64,000 nucleotides of DNA, taken from NCBI RefSeq assembly GCF_052425735.1, contig NC_135759.1, forward strand, positions 23,188,001 through 23,252,000. Reading direction: 5' to 3'. The stretch is from Oculina patagonica (lineage: Eukaryota). Shown here in pieces: positions 34,401-55,346 of this stretch (its first letter is position 1; every line of letters begins with the position of its first letter). Made by a program: the position numbers and the translations under genes. The notes under the pieces were generated by a model. That model searched no databases and was not told where the DNA came from. It saw only the letters and a list, made by a program, of their open reading frames with translations.

Positions 34401-37400
34401 ATATACACGTTATGAAAGTTTTAATCTGATAATATGTGCAGAAACTTAACAAGTTGCAGGGCTGCAAATAGCAGTCGGTCGTCGGACATTGGCCAACCAA
34501 AATTTGCTCATGTTCCATGAAATGCCAAATGTGGTCGGACATTGTCCAGACAATTTTTTTATCAGAAATCATTTTATGACAACGATGAATAAAAATTCAA
34601 CCTTTTTGTTTTTTGGTGATGTCCCACCACAATTTTGTTTTGTCCAACCAAGATGGCGTCTTTGTAGGATATATGTCCTGTCAAGTGAGAAAAATTATTT
34701 GCAGCCCTGAGTTGAAAAGCTGAGTCCCGCAAGGGCAAGGGAAATAGCAAGGAACAAGTAGTGTCCACATGTAACTCTTGACCCACATGTACACATCTCT
34801 TTGTAGATGGTTTTACTTACTTTTAATAGCCAGATAATGAAAAAAAAATGCCGGCCCTACCCCCCATCCAGGGGCAAGGAACTAAATAAATGAAAAAAGG
34901 GAAGGCCTGGGAATTAGTAACAGGTCATTGATATTTTAACCTTAGTACTGAAGGTTTCATCTGTTTTTATCCTGTAGTTTGCAAAAGCTGTATTGTAAAA
35001 TACTTCCAAACCAGCAAGAATTGTCCCATGTGCAACCTGCAGATACATGAAACCCAACCTCTTTTTAATCTCAGGTAAATCATAAATTTAGTAATAAGTT
35101 AATTAACTATAAACTGTGGAAACAATAAATTAATTATATTCATTTTTGCATCCAGTATGGGATTTGATTTTTATAAGTGACTTTAACATTTTTATAAGCA
35201 ACTTTTAAGTCGCTTATTTTTTTAGCTTCATTAATGCTTTTTGGTGCCCTTTTCTGTACTTGTATCATATTATCTCTCGCTCCTGTGCTTTGTGTCACGT
35301 TTAAGGGCTTTCACTAGAAAAACCACCATATTGCCATAATTGTATACTAGTCCATTAGATATCCAGTGTTTAATCATATGGTACACCTTGTAGGTTAGAC
35401 AGAACAATGCAAGATGTTGTGGCAAAACTTGTTCCTGGGATTATTGAAGGTAAAACTGTTAAATTAATCTTGTTTGATGCTGTAGTTTGGTCATGCTGTA
35501 GTCAAATTTAAGGACACCCTTAAGACCACAATTGTAGCGTTTGCATGTGTCTAGGACTATGACTGTGTGTCAGTGATTATGAGAGGTGCTCACTTACAGA
35601 AGGCAGTGATTATTAAAGGCAGTTACATTAATCTACCTAAAGTGCAAACTACCAAGCACGGACTCAAATCTTGGCGATATTTCGCCCCCAAATTATGGAA
35701 TAGCCTCTCAGACACTGCCAGAACTTCAATATGCTATAAAACCTTTAGAAGGGCGTTAAATGCTGTAGATATTAGTCGTCATCTTTAATTTTTAATTAAA
35801 TAATTGTATATATTTTATGACTTTTAGCTCATTTTTAATCAGGAAATGCGTCGCACATATTTAAAGCTTTAAAACTTTGAAGAATTGTATTCACTTTTTT
35901 TATTTTATTTTATTTTATTTTTTTTTTAATTTTTTATTTTCATTGTGGCTTACCTGTAAACTAGCTGGTGCGTTCCCGCAGATTTTGCTAACCATATCTG
36001 CGGGACGCATCGAAACCATAGCTAAGTGTAATGACCACATTAAACATTGTATTGTATTGTATTGTATTGTATTGTATTGTATTGTATTAAAATGGGAAAG
36101 CAACAAAGTGCTTCTACAGATCTAGATGCAGTTGCTGCTGTTGTTGTTGTGATGATGATGATAATAAAATAAAAACTTTATTGAAGTGTCAGGCTAAATA
36201 TTTAGCTAACAGAAGCTAATTGGGGACACTCTACTACTTTATTACTACTTTTTGATGATGATGATGATGCTGTTAAGACGAGAACAGCATCATCATCATC
36301 ATCAACTAGACATTAAGCATGTAATGATTGTAATTATATAAATTGCACATAACTTCCATGTGTTTTTGTTTAGCTGAAGAGGCAAGAAGACGAGAGTTCT
36401 ATGAATCCAGAGGAATGGCAGTAGTAAAACCTTCTCAGGGTAATGAAAATTCATTTTACAATATGCATTTTATTTTTCCTTACCGCTTTTTGTATTAAAT
36501 AAATGTGAGTTGGAAAGTTGTAAGGTTGATAATAAGTTTTCTTCCTAGAGCAAAGGCACAATAACTTCCACTGATAAACTGCATTTTGATTGACAGTTGT
36601 GCTTTTGAAGCCAACTTTTTTGGCTAATGTTTGAGTCACCTAAAATAAAATTATTTTAAACCTTGTGCACCACCATGATAAAGTTATGAGGCATCTTCCC
36701 CCCCCCCCCCCCCAAGTTGTGAGCTGAAATAATCTTAGACAAATAATTATGTTCATTTTACTAAGACTGGGTACAAAGTCACAGTAATTTTTGGATAGAT
36801 GAATTTTAATTGCACCCTTGTTAATTTTTTTTTTCAGATGAAAATGACAATGAAAAACAACCAATGGAAAATGTGGTAAAAAGAGACTATGCTGAGAATA
36901 GGAATTTGTACAGAGATGATGAACAAGTGTCTCTGTGTGTTGAGAGATATGATGAGAGGTTAGTACAGTCCCCCTTGTGAAGTGGAGTGGGACAGGGGGT
37001 AGAAGCCCGGAAGAATAGGGAGGGGTACAAGAGGCAGGATAAAAGACGGCTGGAACCAGGAGAAATTGAGAAGCATATTAACATTTTTGCAATAGAAATA
37101 GCACAAAGAGGTGGGAACCACTAAGGAAGGGCAAGGAACCGACAGTAAAAGGTGCGGGAAGCGGGAAGTCTAGACCCCCCTGTCTTCTCTCTCTCCGCCG
37201 CCCCACAAACTGCGCCCGACTGTAGAATAGTACTCATTGTTTTAGCATAACCCTACATGCACTCCAAGGGAAGTCTATCAAAAATTAGCTTGCACCTTGC
37301 GTAGCCAATCGGATTGGGAGTTTGCATTAAAGTCAGTCACTGGGTTATGCTAATGACTATTAGATTTATACCTTACCCATCACCGCTGCATGTAGTACTT

Positions 37401-39123
37401 ACAACTAGCAATTTAAAATATACATCATTCTTGCTCATTTTCCCACAGCATGGAAGAAAATGAAGAGGAGACAGAAAATGACAGAACAACAGAAACCGTG
37501 GGAGTAAGTGTTAAACTGTTAACTCTGCTTCTCGATGCCTTGTTCTATAATATTTGTAATGTTTGCTTCTCAAAAGAGACAGACAAAAAAATTTATTTAG
37601 ACTTTTTGCGAGTGGACTGCTCTAATCTATGTTTTGTGTATTTGCAGACACTGAGTAAGAAATACTTGCGTTGTTCAGCTCGGATGATGGTTGTTCAACT
37701 TCAAAAGCTCTTAAGAATGAAACTCAACATCCCAGAAGAGAAAGAGGTGTGTAGAATTGTTGTAGTGATGTAAAAGCTACGTTCTCTTCTTTGCATCTGT
37801 TCTTTTACACTGTAGGTTCTTTATGATGATGCTTACATGAAATAGAACCTCATTTCCCCCTCTCTCCCATGGAGAGTTTGATCACAATGAATAGCCCATG
37901 TTCGATATATCAAAATTCTAACTTGACTCCGAGGCTTTCCAGTACAAGAGACTTGATACAAAGAAAACAAACCAAATATAGAAGTTTGACTAGAAGCCTC
38001 ACTGCCATTTTTTAATTTTGATACATCGAGTGTGGGCTATTAGATTGATTATCCAGAGAGTGGGATTATTTGCAAATTGCTAAACTCCCATCTTTGGCTT
38101 GGAGCCAGTGTTTGCCATGATGACTTTTGAAGTCTAAATAAAATAATTGAAACGTCAGTTTAATTTTAATGCTAGATTAGCCCTAATCAACATTGTAGCC
38201 ACTAGCCAGATGCTAATCTTCCTTCATTAGGCTGGAAGATTGTGTGACCAGTCAAACGAATGTATGCTTAGGAAGCTATTTAGCTACTGGCCCGTGCACG
38301 CATTATAGTGTACGTTTGAACTCACATGATGTTCGCATGCTGTAGGTAGAAATTGTGTGTAATGAACACGTGATACACCCATTCAGAACCATGAAGTTCA
38401 TTTGGATAAGTGAGTGGTTAAACCGGGTAAGTACGTAATTTGTTTCCTCTTTTTTGTTTGTAACGCGGGGTTGCCACGGTCAGGGAAAAGTCAAGGAAAA
38501 ACAAAAAAAATTTCAAGGTCAGGGAAAAGTCAGGGAATTTCGCAAAAAAAGTCAGGGAAAATCTTAGTATTGGTCGAAGTCAGTGAAAAGTCAGGGAATT
38601 TTGGCTGAAACAAAAAACAAAATGGATTTGTTGATGAAGTCAAATGTCATGCATTCAAAATCCTGAGAAAGACATAAAGAGATCGAAAATGAAGAGAAGA
38701 CTATCGATGGTCTGTAAAAGAAGCTGAAGCAAATGTAAAAGAAGGTTGAGGTTGTTTGTTAATCCATCTTATTCAAGGTCAGTGAAAAGTCAGGGGAGAG
38801 TCAGGGAATTTTTTGGTTTCTAATAAGTGGCAACCCTGTAACTCTTAATTCACCCAAACGAAAAGAGCATTGAACTAGTACTGCAGTTCAAAATAATACA
38901 ATCACGCCTTCCTCAGGACATGTAACAGGACACAGAACCTAAAGTTTGTAATGTAACTAATGCCATGACAAAGTTTAAGCGACACCCTACCTGACCCCAC
39001 CCAACCCTCTGCCCTTAGATTTCTGTTCTATCAAATGAACACAATAAATTAAACGATTTCTGTTGTTGTTTTTCCCAGGCACCGCCCATGGTTCTACATT
39101 ACCGTGTTCACAGCATCTCTTAA
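31434..39123 (+). CDS. PCGF1: Polycomb group RING finger protein 1 (RING + RAWUL), 10 exons, about 244 aa
   Basis: Exons 31434-31448, 34217-34316, 34978-35074, 35394-35449, 36374-36439, 36838-36958, 37449-37503, 37648-37746, 38346-38426 and 39079-39123, phase-consistent (735 nt). [67 protein letters not shown] closely matches PCGF1. Exon 1 (MDSKE) is the least certain. Confidence 0.88.
31953..33463. mobile_element. Palindromic element with a 9-bp TSD (Mutator-like) carrying a central nested element
   Basis: CACAAAATT|CGGTCGGTATAAAACGCAGACC(GCAGAC repeats) ... GGTCTGCGTTTTATACCGACCG|CACAAAATT. Confidence 0.9.
32060..33339. mobile_element. TA-flanked Tc1/mariner-type element with about 270-bp TIRs, related to 1006-3627
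   Basis: TA|CATTGTGTTTCACAAAACTTTTCACGAACGG ... CCGTTCGTGAAAAGTTTTGTGAAACACAATG|TA. The TIR core GTTTCACAAAACTTTTSACGAACGG is shared with the element at 1006. Confidence 0.88.
33528..33826. mobile_element. Palindromic MITE (family copy 2), apparently inside an older ACCTGCCAAC-ended element (about 33486-34120)
   Basis: GATATGCGAACTCTGAAATTCAA / TTGAATTTCAGAGTTCACATATC inverted pair. Homologous to 3989-4257. Confidence 0.7.
34457..34709. mobile_element. CAGGG-ended MITE with a 5-bp TSD (family copy 2)
   Basis: AGTTG|CAGGGCTGCAAATA ... TATTTGCAGCCCTG|AGTTG. Confidence 0.85.
35613..36088 (+). mobile_element. 5'-truncated L2/CR1-group LINE 3' end with a (TATTG)n tail
   Basis: Encodes [42 protein letters not shown], typical of CR1/L2-group ORF2 C-termini. 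Followed by an AT-rich UTR and a TGTAT microsatellite at about 36047-36088. Confidence 0.75.
36252..36305. repeat. Perfect 23-bp inverted repeat with an 8-nt loop
   Basis: TT(GAT)5GCTGTT-aagacgag-AACAGC(ATC)5AA. Confidence 0.9.
37890..38041. mobile_element. Short MITE
   Basis: AATAGCCCATGTTCGATATATCAAAATT ... AATTTTGATACATCGAGTGTGGGCTATT inverted termini. Confidence 0.7.
38466..38838. mobile_element. hAT-like MITE with GTCAGGGAAA subterminal repeats
   Basis: CGGGGTTGCCAC ... GTGGCAACCCTG termini. Flanks TAACG/TAACT form an imperfect 5-bp duplication. Confidence 0.75.
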
Positions 39124-40355
39124 ATAACTGTTACTTGAAAGATCAGTTCAAGCCATCATCACTTCATAGGGCCTCTCAAAGAAAACAGAACACTGTGACT
39201 TTGTAACTTACACAAGTATCGGTAGAACTGAAACGATGTAAGAATCTGCGTACCCGTAAGATAGAACTTGACGTTGTCCAAAGCCTTTATTGTTCCACGA
39301 ACTCGTGTTAGTCAGGTTTTGATGGGTTTCCTATTCTTATTGCCCAGTGACAAATGACACGAGCAGGATACGTCATGCTGCCTACATGCAGTAGTAACTT
39401 CATGGTCGAATATTGTGAGCTCAGTCAATTTTTGGCCTTACATTGAGTGCACAAGTTCGCGCTTTGAAGAGCTTGTTTCACCACCAAGTCAGTCAGATCT
39501 CCGCCTCACACTAAACCATCTGGGAGGATAATAAGTAGTCCACGTGTTCTACACCTTTCACACCAAACCCTAAACATTGCAACCTGTTTGTTTTTGTAGG
39601 ATTAAAATCGTTTTTGTGCATGAACGTTGGTTGCAGAGGTTTATGGGTTATTTCCATCCCCGTGTAAAATTAAAGCCGCCAGTTTCCTCGTGTGTCACTG
39701 ATCTTTAATCGTTAAACTTGCTTTTACTAAACAGGTTTAGCAGGTGTGAACGGCCTCGGTGCGCGTGTACAAATGTCGAGAGACAAGCACCGAATTTTTC
39801 TTCACGTTAGTGTATTTTAACCGTTTTCTCGTCGAGTTTGACGAGCTGGAGTTTATCTGGCGTAATATGTTCATAGTCTCAAGTTAATTTGGGGAGCGTT
39901 CGAAAGCTATGTTATAACTCAGTGTTCGAAAAAACTTTGATAAATAGTTCTGCAGACAATCTGTTAAATGTACACATTGCATTTATTACTTTAATATTTT
40001 ATGCACAAAATTTATTAAGATAAAATTTATGTCCTTATACACTTGTGCGTAAATATTTTTAAAAATAAAAGTTTATTATATCCTCTTGGCATAGTTACGA
40101 TTTATTTTGTTCGATTATCGAAAAAAAATGTCGAAGCTTGGAGGGAAACTATGATGGTCTTGGATGGCAAATCGTCCTTGACTTTCTCAGCCCTATTTCC
40201 CTGGTTCTTGTGGCCTACCGGAAAGCCGTAATCAAGGCTTTTTTTAGAATTATCATCCAATTATAAAATGAAGCTGGAAAGTGGATTACTTCCCGCACAA
40301 AAAGTTTTTGTAACCGACGTGGGTGGTATGAAAATTACGGGTCTAAAATCACTAA

Positions 40356-40401
40356 ACCTGCGAGAGTAGACGGCTTTTTCTACTCGAGTTAGCCGAAAAA
40401 G
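40356..40401. repeat. Small hairpin-forming MITE remnant
   Basis: CCTGCGAGAGTAGACGGCTTTTTC ... GAAAAAGCCGTCTGCTCTCGCAGG. Confidence 0.6.
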
Positions 40402-40520
40402 CCGTCTGCTCTCGCAGGCTAAAAATCACTCGTAGCAAACAGTTTACGCAACACGGCAGATTTCTAGGCTATTCGTGAAAAACCAAATGTGGCCGGATGG
40501 TGTAAGAGGAGTACACCGTG

Positions 40521-40770
40521 ATAATAATAATAATTAATTTCTAGTGCATTACATTAAAAATCTCAATGCCCTTACAAGTAAAAATATTTAAAATTACAAT
40601 AGGATAAAATACTAAATTCTTAAAATCTAAAGTTCATTAAAAATACTAAAATTCATAAAAAATACTGAAGTTCATTATAAAATACTAAAATTCATTAAAA
40701 AAGATAAATACTAAAGATCATTATTGAATAAAAACGTTTTAAGCTTAGTTTTAAAAGTGTCAACCGAGGC
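40521..40770 (-). mobile_element. L2-type LINE 3' fragment
   Basis: The minus strand encodes SVDTFKTKLKTFLF, then a TGTAAGGGCATTGAG...AATGCACTAGAAAT stem-loop-like end and an (ATT)n tail. Confidence 0.65.
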
Positions 40771-42096
40771 GATGGAGCACTTCTCACATTAAGTGAGTGC
40801 GTACAAATAATTTTTTACCGCGTCATGAATACCCTGCGGCTTTTCTGCAGGCAATGGTGGTCCTTCTGTGTATTGATGTGGGACCTCGCATCTGTTTGCG
40901 TAAACATTTGGGTAGGGCTTTAAACTATCAACTTTATAAAATCGCACTTCATAATCCGTTAGCGAAGTCTGGAAAGAAAATTTTTAAATCTAGAAGCTCT
41001 AAGACACTATTTTTAGCATTTTACATGAGGTATTTCTTCAAAAAACATCAATCAAGATCAGTTGGGGATTATTCCCCCATCTGAATGTATTTTCTTTTAA
41101 TTTGGGTTAAAACTAGACGAGGCAAGTACCTCGTCTTGCCTCTTGCTAGTTTCAGCCCTGACCCTATTTCACATCAAAATATATCTATAGAGCTTATAGG
41201 GAGTACACCCCAACCCAGGTGAGGGGGGGGGGGGGGGGGTGCGAACCACCTGGAAATTGCAGGATTAATCACGAGCGCCGATTTTCCGTCGTCAGATTGC
41301 CCATAGTGCTGGTTTGCATTTCCTGTGAGCACTGAACCCAGGTCAGTTAAATACAACTTTTGCGTAACACGGTTAGATAAGAACGGCAAAGGGAATATAT
41401 AATGACAACGCAAGCACGGGCAGTCCACGAGCAGGATTTGTATTTCAGTCTGGAAAAATCCCCACGTTTTCATTCTCTAAACTGAGGACTACTTGGGAAA
41501 CCACAGGGCAACCCAGCCTCGTTTTCAAGACGTCTGGTGACGAGGCTCACAGATTGAAACACAGGTAGGTACTAAACTACAAAATATTGCCTAAACTCTT
41601 GAAATATGTCATTTATTCACGACTGACGACGCATATTGCATGCACTGTACAATAAATATTTACTTCCATCTTTATAAAAACAATTATTCCTGTTAATAAA
41701 CACAGTCGACTTGAACGCAACTAGCAGCGCTTTTACACACAACGTAATTATCAACGCGTGGGTAACATTGAATATGATGCGTAATTATACAGGATCAAAA
41801 TTTTTAACATTGTCCTCGCTGGAAAACTCCAGTAATAATAAAACCGAACTTTAAATTTTCGTATTGAGTCGAAAGAAGAAATTAATTCATTTTGTATTTG
41901 CGCTGTGATTTTCTGATGGAGGGAATACAGCTTTGCCAGCCTCTTGTGGGTGGTGGCTCTTGTTGTTGTGCTCGTTTGGGTAATGTTTTCTTCAGAGCAT
42001 AGTTTACAGCTGGTAGCAGACCGGGCCTTGGCCTGTAGGTACTAGGTAGAGAGGCGTGGTGCTTTCTCTTAGCTCCTGGGTATCGAGCGAGTCTAG

Positions 42097-51043
<8,947 letters not shown>

Positions 51044-54000
51044 TCAACACTTCGACTTCAGTCAAGATTCTTCAAAACCTCTTCGGCTGAGCCTCCAAAC
51101 AAAGGCCAGAGAGTCGACGAACGTGCGTTGCTTTCGACACAAGAGTTTCGCCTGGATCAATCAGACCACACGTACAAACAGAGCAAAGAGCCTCAGGGCA
51201 GATTTGTTGTGAGCGGTGGGCGGTCAACATAAAAATTATCCGATCATCAACAATATTCCCGAACAAAGAGAGCAGGCTAGTCTCAAGGGACCTTCTCTTC
51301 ACGTTGATCACTTGAAGCGAAAAGCGACTTTTACCACGTTCATTTCATTTGAGCGCGGAAGGACAAGACAGCCGCGCAAATTGACACGATCGGTAATTTC
51401 CTTGACTCTTCCTGTCGGAATCAGCTTTCGTTTCTTGTGTAAAGAGAACGAAGGAAGCTGAGAGAGGCTTGTGGTCTCTTATCTGTAAGGCAAGAATCCA
51501 AGGCCTCTCAATAATGAACCAGTTTTCAATAGAAGACAAACAATGATAATATCTTTAGTACTGCCGATTGTGAATAGCGTTTCTACCGGTGGTTGAACGT
51601 TTAAAAAGACGTTTGTGAATAGGTCTATTTACCACGTTTCTCGTTGAGATGCCATTTGGATAGAGTGTTTTTTATGAAGTACAAGAGAATGTTCCTAGGT
51701 ACCGGAAATAGAGGATAGATGGCCTGTCAAAATAAACCACAAATGGCATGCATCAAATATCACAGAGGTTGAAAGGATCGTAACACGACAGAACAAAATG
51801 CATGTGTAAACTGCCGCTTAACAAGAAACTGCTCGGCAAACTAAGTTAATCTCTCGAGTCCAAACATACAAGCACGGAATGAAAAGCTTTGTGGATTACT
51901 TAGAGCAAATACTTAAGCTCTGAATCGTAAGGTAAGGCCGAACGAATCTGTTTGTCTATTCTGAACGATGTAGGCTGGTCGTGATCTTATCTTCGGCGAC
52001 TGTGGAATGCAAAATGAATGAAGGGGGCAGAATTAAATATCTTCCGGTCAACAAGTACCCTGCAAATGTGTCTATTTCTTGCTATATTTAAATACTTTAT
52101 ACCTTAAAATAGCAACCCCAATTTTGGATCTTGAGATTTAGACCAGAACTTTTTCTTCCTATGTTACCAGCTGACCTTTTGAAGAGCAATTATAAAAAAG
52201 TTGTAGAGAGATTGAAACACTTTAAAACTAACGCGTTTCCGTTTTTTCGAGTGATTCAGTTATCCTAAGCCCTTCACTCAATAACGAAGAAGTGTGTAAT
52301 GTTGCGAAGCGTTTTTACATCGAACTGTCGAAACTAATATACTTTAGTAAACATAACGCCATCTTCTCAGAACTGTTTGACAGTCGGCAGGTTATTAACA
52401 TCTGTAAGAGAATTATATTTACAAGTTGGCTCCGATGCATCAATTAAATTCGTGAGAGATTAGTGACAGTATGTTAGCATGTATGTTGCTACTTTTCAAA
52501 TTCAAGTGCACTTTTCCCTTCAAGTTGACATGAAATGTGGGTACTAATGGTCACTTATGAATGCAGTAACCACAAAATCAGTACTAAAAACGATTTTCAA
52601 GAACTTTTAAACACGGATCACTACATGTGCATTATGACTTGGCATTCTATTAATTTGATCCACTGGAAGTTTTTTTCCTTATCCAGGACAATCGATTGTA
52701 CAGTGCCACAAATACTCTACTAATACTAACAAGATGGACGCAAGTTATATATTGCCCGTCGTTTAGATACTAGATAGCATTGCCAAATATGACATTGAAA
52801 AGAGTGACAAATGACGATATAAATTTAATCATATCTAAAAGAAACTTAAAACAGATTTCTAGGTCAGTAGACGTGGCCTTATGAAAATGTAGAATTTTAT
52901 TTTATAGTTTTGAAAAGCTTCAACTAAACTGTACTATTTTCAAATTTCCCTTCTTTCTTGCATTGCATAATAAGGATCTGTCTGTCTTATTTGCAAGCGT
53001 GACAATGTGATATTGTTTCAAATATTAAGTAAAAATAACAATGGTCTAGAAGCGGAAATCACAAAAGCGTTCACCTAAAATTAGAATTTTATGGATACAG
53101 TTTTATACCAGTCGCGGTCCTCTATCAGTGTTTAAGTCACTGTTTTCAGATCTTAATTTCATCACCACATGTGGTTGATCTATAATTTCCTTTAATGAGT
53201 TCTAAACAAATAGATTTAGCCCTAAGTCGCATGAGTATGCAGGCTTTCTATAGTGGATCAGACAAGATCGTGTTTTCAGCTAAGCCCCCAAACGAGAAGG
53301 CTACCTACGACAAAACAGGTCACTAGACAAAATTAAGCAGGTGCTTGTTATATTTGACCATAAAGAGATCTCTTTGTAACTGGGTTGCAAATATACATGT
53401 AGAACTGACTTCTAAACAGTACAAATCAGTTGCGTTTTGATCGACCTACACACGTATAAAAGAGAACAGCGAAATGATGACTAAATGTGGATAAATGTAA
53501 AGTGAAATGGCAACTTGGATAAAGTGAAAGTAAATAAACTTGAGAACGCTTCTTCATTTACTTTCACAAACGATGACTAGTGACAGCCTAATTACAACTG
53601 AAACTCTCTCAGTGTACCTGTTGGTATTCTGGCATGGCGTATAAACCGAGATCTGAACTTCAAGCTTGTTCTAGCTACTGGTGCCAACATTAAAACTTCA
53701 GAAGGACATCTCCCACCCAATAGCCAGAATTAGCGGCTGATTTTAATCGGTATCAAGTTCAAAGCCATACAGCACCGACTTTTTCGTCACTTTTTCGGTT
53801 TGCCGATAAATCATTCTCATTCATTTCATTCATTCATTTCTCATTCTCATTCTTGGCGAAGCTAATTTTTAAAATGCGCTCAGTGCAAGAGCCGTGCAAG
53901 CATATGATGACTTCTCGAACAGACACCAGAAGCCTTTTTACCTCATATCTACCCTCTCCCCTTTAAACAGGGTTCCCAAATGAGCACTTTGAGTTCCAAT

Positions 54001-54987
54001 CGCCTTTGACATTCTGCGTCTTTTAAACACACCTAATAACAGAATTGAAGCGGAATTTTTGCCAATGTTGACCTTGTGTCTACGGCCTCTATACTATGTA
54101 CATTGGCAACTTATTACACACATTGCAGGGCTTTCTTATGTGAATGTTCCACGTGTCGAACTAGACAAAAAGTCTGGTGCATTTGACGTCTTCGATAATC
54201 CATGAATTAACATGAAAGACAGTTGTCCTTCATATGCGAAATCTGTTGGTGTTTAATTACTCGGTCCAGTGGGCCGACCGACGCATCAAAATTATGCGTG
54301 GGCTTCGAGACGCCGAAAACCCACGCAGTTGAAAAATACACTTGTCACTTTTCGTATTGTGTTTGTTTAGACTTCGGCAAACACAGTTGAAAAAGTATTT
54401 GCTTTTTGAATCAGCCAAGAAACGGAATAAATAAAGCATACTTAGCTGATTTACTTTGGCGTGTTTGAGGTGGAGTTTCTTATAATGTCATAAATTAGCT
54501 TGAATTGTTATCGCACGCAAGTCCAGCCAGTTTTATCAAAAGATGCGTGACCTCTTTCAGTGAATTGTCGTAGTCTTGACTTATTAAAACTCAAGAGATT
54601 AGAATATTGCATTATGGCTGCTAATCTGTCTTGATCTTAACATAAGAGAAACATTGCAATTAGTTTTCTTATTGCTCTCTCAGGCACCGAAATAATTTCT
54701 CAAGGGCAAGAATTTGTTTTTGCGCTATTCGATCTCTTCATTGTTTTGTTTGAATCATTTCACTAGCTGGCCAAATTTGTCAAAGATGACAAAGATGTGA
54801 GACGAAGCTTATGCCAGAGTCCCACGGCAGGCTATTTGCGATGATGACCTTTGATAACAGTGATAAGTATTTCAGAGATTTTTTCTTTTTATATTCTGAT
54901 TAGTGACGGCTTCAGTAAAAGTTATGTTTTCCAACCTTGCGATCCACGTGAACACCAACACTCTTTTTGCTGTTGTACAGGGCTTAA

Positions 54988-55346
54988 AGAAACTGTGGCA
55001 TGGATTTAAGTCAAATTTAGGCATTTGAAATGGCCAAATTCGGTAAAATATAAAAAGAAACCGCTAAAACCAATGAAGGGACATTTTAATAACACCGCAA
55101 ATACAAAAGAAGGTACGGATGGCCAAAAGTGACTAGGATTGAAACGGATTGCGAAATGTTTTTTTTTCTTTAAAAATTTTTTTGGCTGAACAGTTTTCAA
55201 AGTGAATCTCGTTTGTTTGTAACTTTAAATTATAACGCCCAGGAGACCCATTTGGTTGAAATAAAGTTATATTTTTGTCCATAGCTGTTTAAAGCTGGTA
55301 TTTGTCAAAACTTATTAAAGTAAACTTAACTCAGCCGTACAGTCCC
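54988..55346. mobile_element. TTAA-flanked (Kolobok-like) MITE, inverted relative of 18310-18682
   Basis: TTAA at both flanks. The internal segment 55180-55280 is the reverse complement homologue of 18395-18490. Confidence 0.6.
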
